DNA of 64,000 nucleotides from Dendrobates tinctorius (Eukaryota): NCBI RefSeq assembly GCF_039654945.1, contig NW_027361751.1, positions 23,932,001 to 23,996,000 of the forward strand, read 5' to 3'. Shown piece by piece: positions 61,031 to 64,000 of this stretch (position 1 is its first letter; each line of letters starts with the position of its first letter). The notes under the pieces were generated by a model. It saw only the letters and a program-made list of their open reading frames with translations, ran no database searches and was not told where the DNA came from. The position numbers and the translations under genes were made by a program.

Positions 61031-61736
61031 TCTACTATATAATCGTCTGTCTGTTTGGTCGCGGCCGACGCGGGATTTCCGTTACAATCAGCGACATGCG
61101 CAGTCCGGCCGCCAATTGGCCGCCGGATCGCTGTCAGGACCCTCCGCCGCCTGACTACATGCGCCGGATCCTGCCACTGCCTGCCCACCCCCGATGAAAC
61201 CTGAAAGATAAGAAAAAAGAGTTAGATTATACTCACCCCGGCATTCGATTCGGCCCGATGGGTGTCAGTGTCCCGTGCGGCGCCTCCCATCTTCATACGA
61301 TGATGTCCTCCTCCTTGCTTCTCCCTCGGCTCCTGCGCACGCGTACTTTATCGGCCCTGTTGAGGGCATAGCAAAGTACTGCAGTGCGCAGGCGCCGGAC
61401 CTCTCTGACCTTTTCCGACGCCTGCGCACTGCAGTACTTTACTCTGCCCTCAACAGGACAGATAAAGTACGCGTGCGCAGAAGCCGAGGGAGAAGCAAGG
61501 AGGCACCGGACCGCGACACCCACCGCTCCCCCTCCCCCCCTGGGGAGTATAATCTAACGTGTTTTTCTTATTTTTCAGGTTTCATCTGGGGCTTAACATT
61601 ACACAATGCTGTAAATAAGCCCCCGATGGTGGTGGCCCCAGCTTATGGGGCAAAAATGGGGGTGACAGATTCCCTTTAAATAAACTACATACATATTCTA
61701 GAATACCCGATGCGTTAGAATCGGGCCACCATCTAG
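61031..61736 (+). mobile_element. Non-autonomous Helitron carrying a T2-like MITE fragment
   Basis: A|TC 5' end, subterminal hairpin CCCGAT-n8-ATCGGG (61706-61725), CTAG|T 3' end. Confidence 0.72.
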
Positions 61737-61998
61737 TGTAGATATAAAATCCATACACTATCGATTAGGAGCGGACAAGTCATTTTTCCATTGAGCAATT
61801 TGAAAGACCTTGACTATTGTGGAGAGCCCAACTAACAGGCTTAACTCTACTCATTAGTATTGTTTCAGCACAATTAAGTCCAGTGACTCACTGCTACTAC
61901 TGATACATACAGTATTACGATGGGTCTTATTCTAATGTGTATTCTTACCTATAGCAGCTAATCAAAATCATATTTACTTTATTTTAAAAAAAGTTTAA

Positions 61999-64000
61999 CC
62001 CCTTCCTGACATCCGACGTACTATCCCATCCATGGGACCCGGGCCCCTATGCCCATGGACGGGATAGTACGTCTACCGCGATCAGCGGCGCCCACGTGGT
62101 GAGCGCCGCTGATCGCGGCCGGGTGTCAGCTGATTATCACAGCTGACACCCAGCACAATGTGTCAGGGGCGGTCACAGACCGCCCCCGACACGTTAACCC
62201 CTTGCACACCGCGATCAAACATGATCGCGGTGTACCGGGGGTTAAAGGGAAGCATCGGCAGGGAGGGGGCTCCCTCCGTGCTAACCTGAGCCCCCCACGG
62301 CAGCGCAATGTGCAGCGCTGCTGCGGGGGGCTCCTTTCCTGCAGGTCCCCGAATCCAAGATGGCGACGGGGGCCTGAGGAAGCTGGCTTCCTCAGTGCCT
62401 GCAAAGCGCAGGCATGAGGAAGCCTTCTGCACTGCCTGTGACAGATCGCTGATCTGTCACAGTGATCTGTGATGTGACAGATCAGCGATCTGTCACAGGA
62501 CAGTGATGTCCCACCTGGGACTATTTAATAAAGTTAAAAAAAAAAAAAAATAAAAAAAAGTGTTAAGATAATTTAAAAAAATCGCCAAATAAATTAGAAA
62601 AAGAAAAATATTCCCCCAAATAAATCCATTTTTTGGAAATAAAAAAAAACAAAACAATAAAACTACACATATTAGGTATCGCCGCGTCCGTAACGACCCG
62701 CCCTATAAAACTGTCCCATTAGTTAACCCCTTTAGCGAACCCCTTGAAAAATAAAAACCGAAGCAAAAAATAATTTATTATCATACAGCCAAACAAAAAG
62801 TGTAATAACGCGCGATCAAAAAGACGCATATAAATATCCATGGTACCGCTGAAAACGTCATCTTGTCCCGCAAAAAAAACGAGCCGCCATACAGCGTCAT
62901 CAGCAAAAAAATAAAAAAGTTATAGCTCGCAGAATAAAGCGATGCAAAAATAATTATTTTTTATATAAAATAGTTTTCATTGCATAAAACCGACAAAACA
63001 TAAAAAAAGACCTAAATGAGGTATCGCTGTAACCGTACTGACCCGAAGAATAAAACCGCTTTATCAATTTTACCGCACGCGGAACGGTGTAAACGCACCC
63101 CCCCAAAAGAAATTCATGAAACGCTGGTTTTTGTTCATTCTGCGTCCCAAAAATCGGAATAAAAAGCGATCAAAAAATGTCACGTGCCCGAAAATGGTAC
63201 CAATAAAAACGTCAACTCGTCCCGCAAAAAATAAGACCTCACATGACTCGGTGGGTCAAAATACGGAAAAATTATAGCTCTCAATATGTGGTGATGCAAA
63301 AGCTATTTTTACAATAAAAAGCGTCTTTTAGCGTGCGACAGCTGCCAAATATAAAAACCGCCATAAATAGTAAATCAAACCCCCCGTTATCAGCCCCTTA
63401 GTTAGGGGAAAAATAATAAAATAAAAAAAATGTATTTATTTCCATTTTTCCGTTAGGGCTAGGGTTAGGGCTGAGATTAGGGTTAGGGGTGTGTTGGGGT
63501 TCGGGTTGGAGTTAGAATTGGGGGGTTTCCACTGTTTGGGCACATCAGGGGCTCTCCAAATGCAACATGGCGTCTGATCTCAATTCCAGCCAATTCTGAG
63601 TTGAAAAAGTCAAATGGTGCTCCTTCCCTTCCAAGCTCTGCCATGCGCCCAAACAGTGTTTTACCCCCACATGTAGGGTATCAGCCTACTCAGGACAAAT
63701 TGCAAAACAATTTTTGGGGTCCAATTTCTCCTGTTACCCTTAGGAAAATAAAAAATTGGGGGCAAAAATATCATTTTTGTGGAAAAAAAATGATCTTTTT
63801 ATTTTCACGTCCGAGCGTTATAAACTTCTGTGAAGAACTTGTGGTTCAAAGTGCTCACCACACATCTAGATAAGTTCCGTGGGGGGTCTCTTTTCCAAAA
63901 TGGGGTCATTTGTGGGGGTTTTCCACTGTTTAGGTACATTAGGGGCTCTCCAAAGGCAACATGACACCCGCAGAACATTCCCTCAAAGTCTGCATTCCAA
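61999..64000. mobile_element. piggyBac-like non-autonomous element, left part; runs off the window
   Basis: TTAA|CCCCTTC start, multiple subterminal hairpins, internal repeat unit recurring near 63525 and 63920. Confidence 0.7.
63453..63515 (+). repeat. Degenerate TTAGGG-like tract inside the piggyBac-like element
   Basis: ttagggctagggttagggctgagattagggttagggg... Confidence 0.8.

Overview
Vertebrate genomic DNA, most likely an anuran (frog) judging from its repeat families. It holds the conserved head-to-head TRAPPC13/SHLD3 (minus strand) and TRIM23 (plus strand) locus. TRAPPC13 coding exons 1-7 run from 20010 down to 1818, and the single-exon SHLD3 CDS (15306-14587) is nested in TRAPPC13 intron 1. 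TRIM23 coding exons 1-5 run from 20549 to 60742. The two start codons are 538 bp apart across a CpG-rich bidirectional promoter. The introns are packed with transposons: three full-length DIRS1-type tyrosine-recombinase retrotransposons (one nearly intact), three Tc1 elements (one with an open DD34E transposase), a Tc1 fold-back, a Penelope-like remnant with hammerhead-like motifs, a Helitron, CR1/L1 fragments, a tRNA-derived SINE and many palindromic MITEs. The most notable inference is that the young DIRS element appears to express its proteins through spliceosomal introns. A 95-nt intron restores a 453-aa Gag. A second 94-nt intron hidden inside the gag ORF, with splice sites kept in a diverged sister copy, would fuse Gag in frame to a Pol that has no upstream ATG. 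A different DIRS family in the same window instead has an ATGA stop-start overlap. All gene and family assignments come from recalled protein sequences and motifs; no database search was run.
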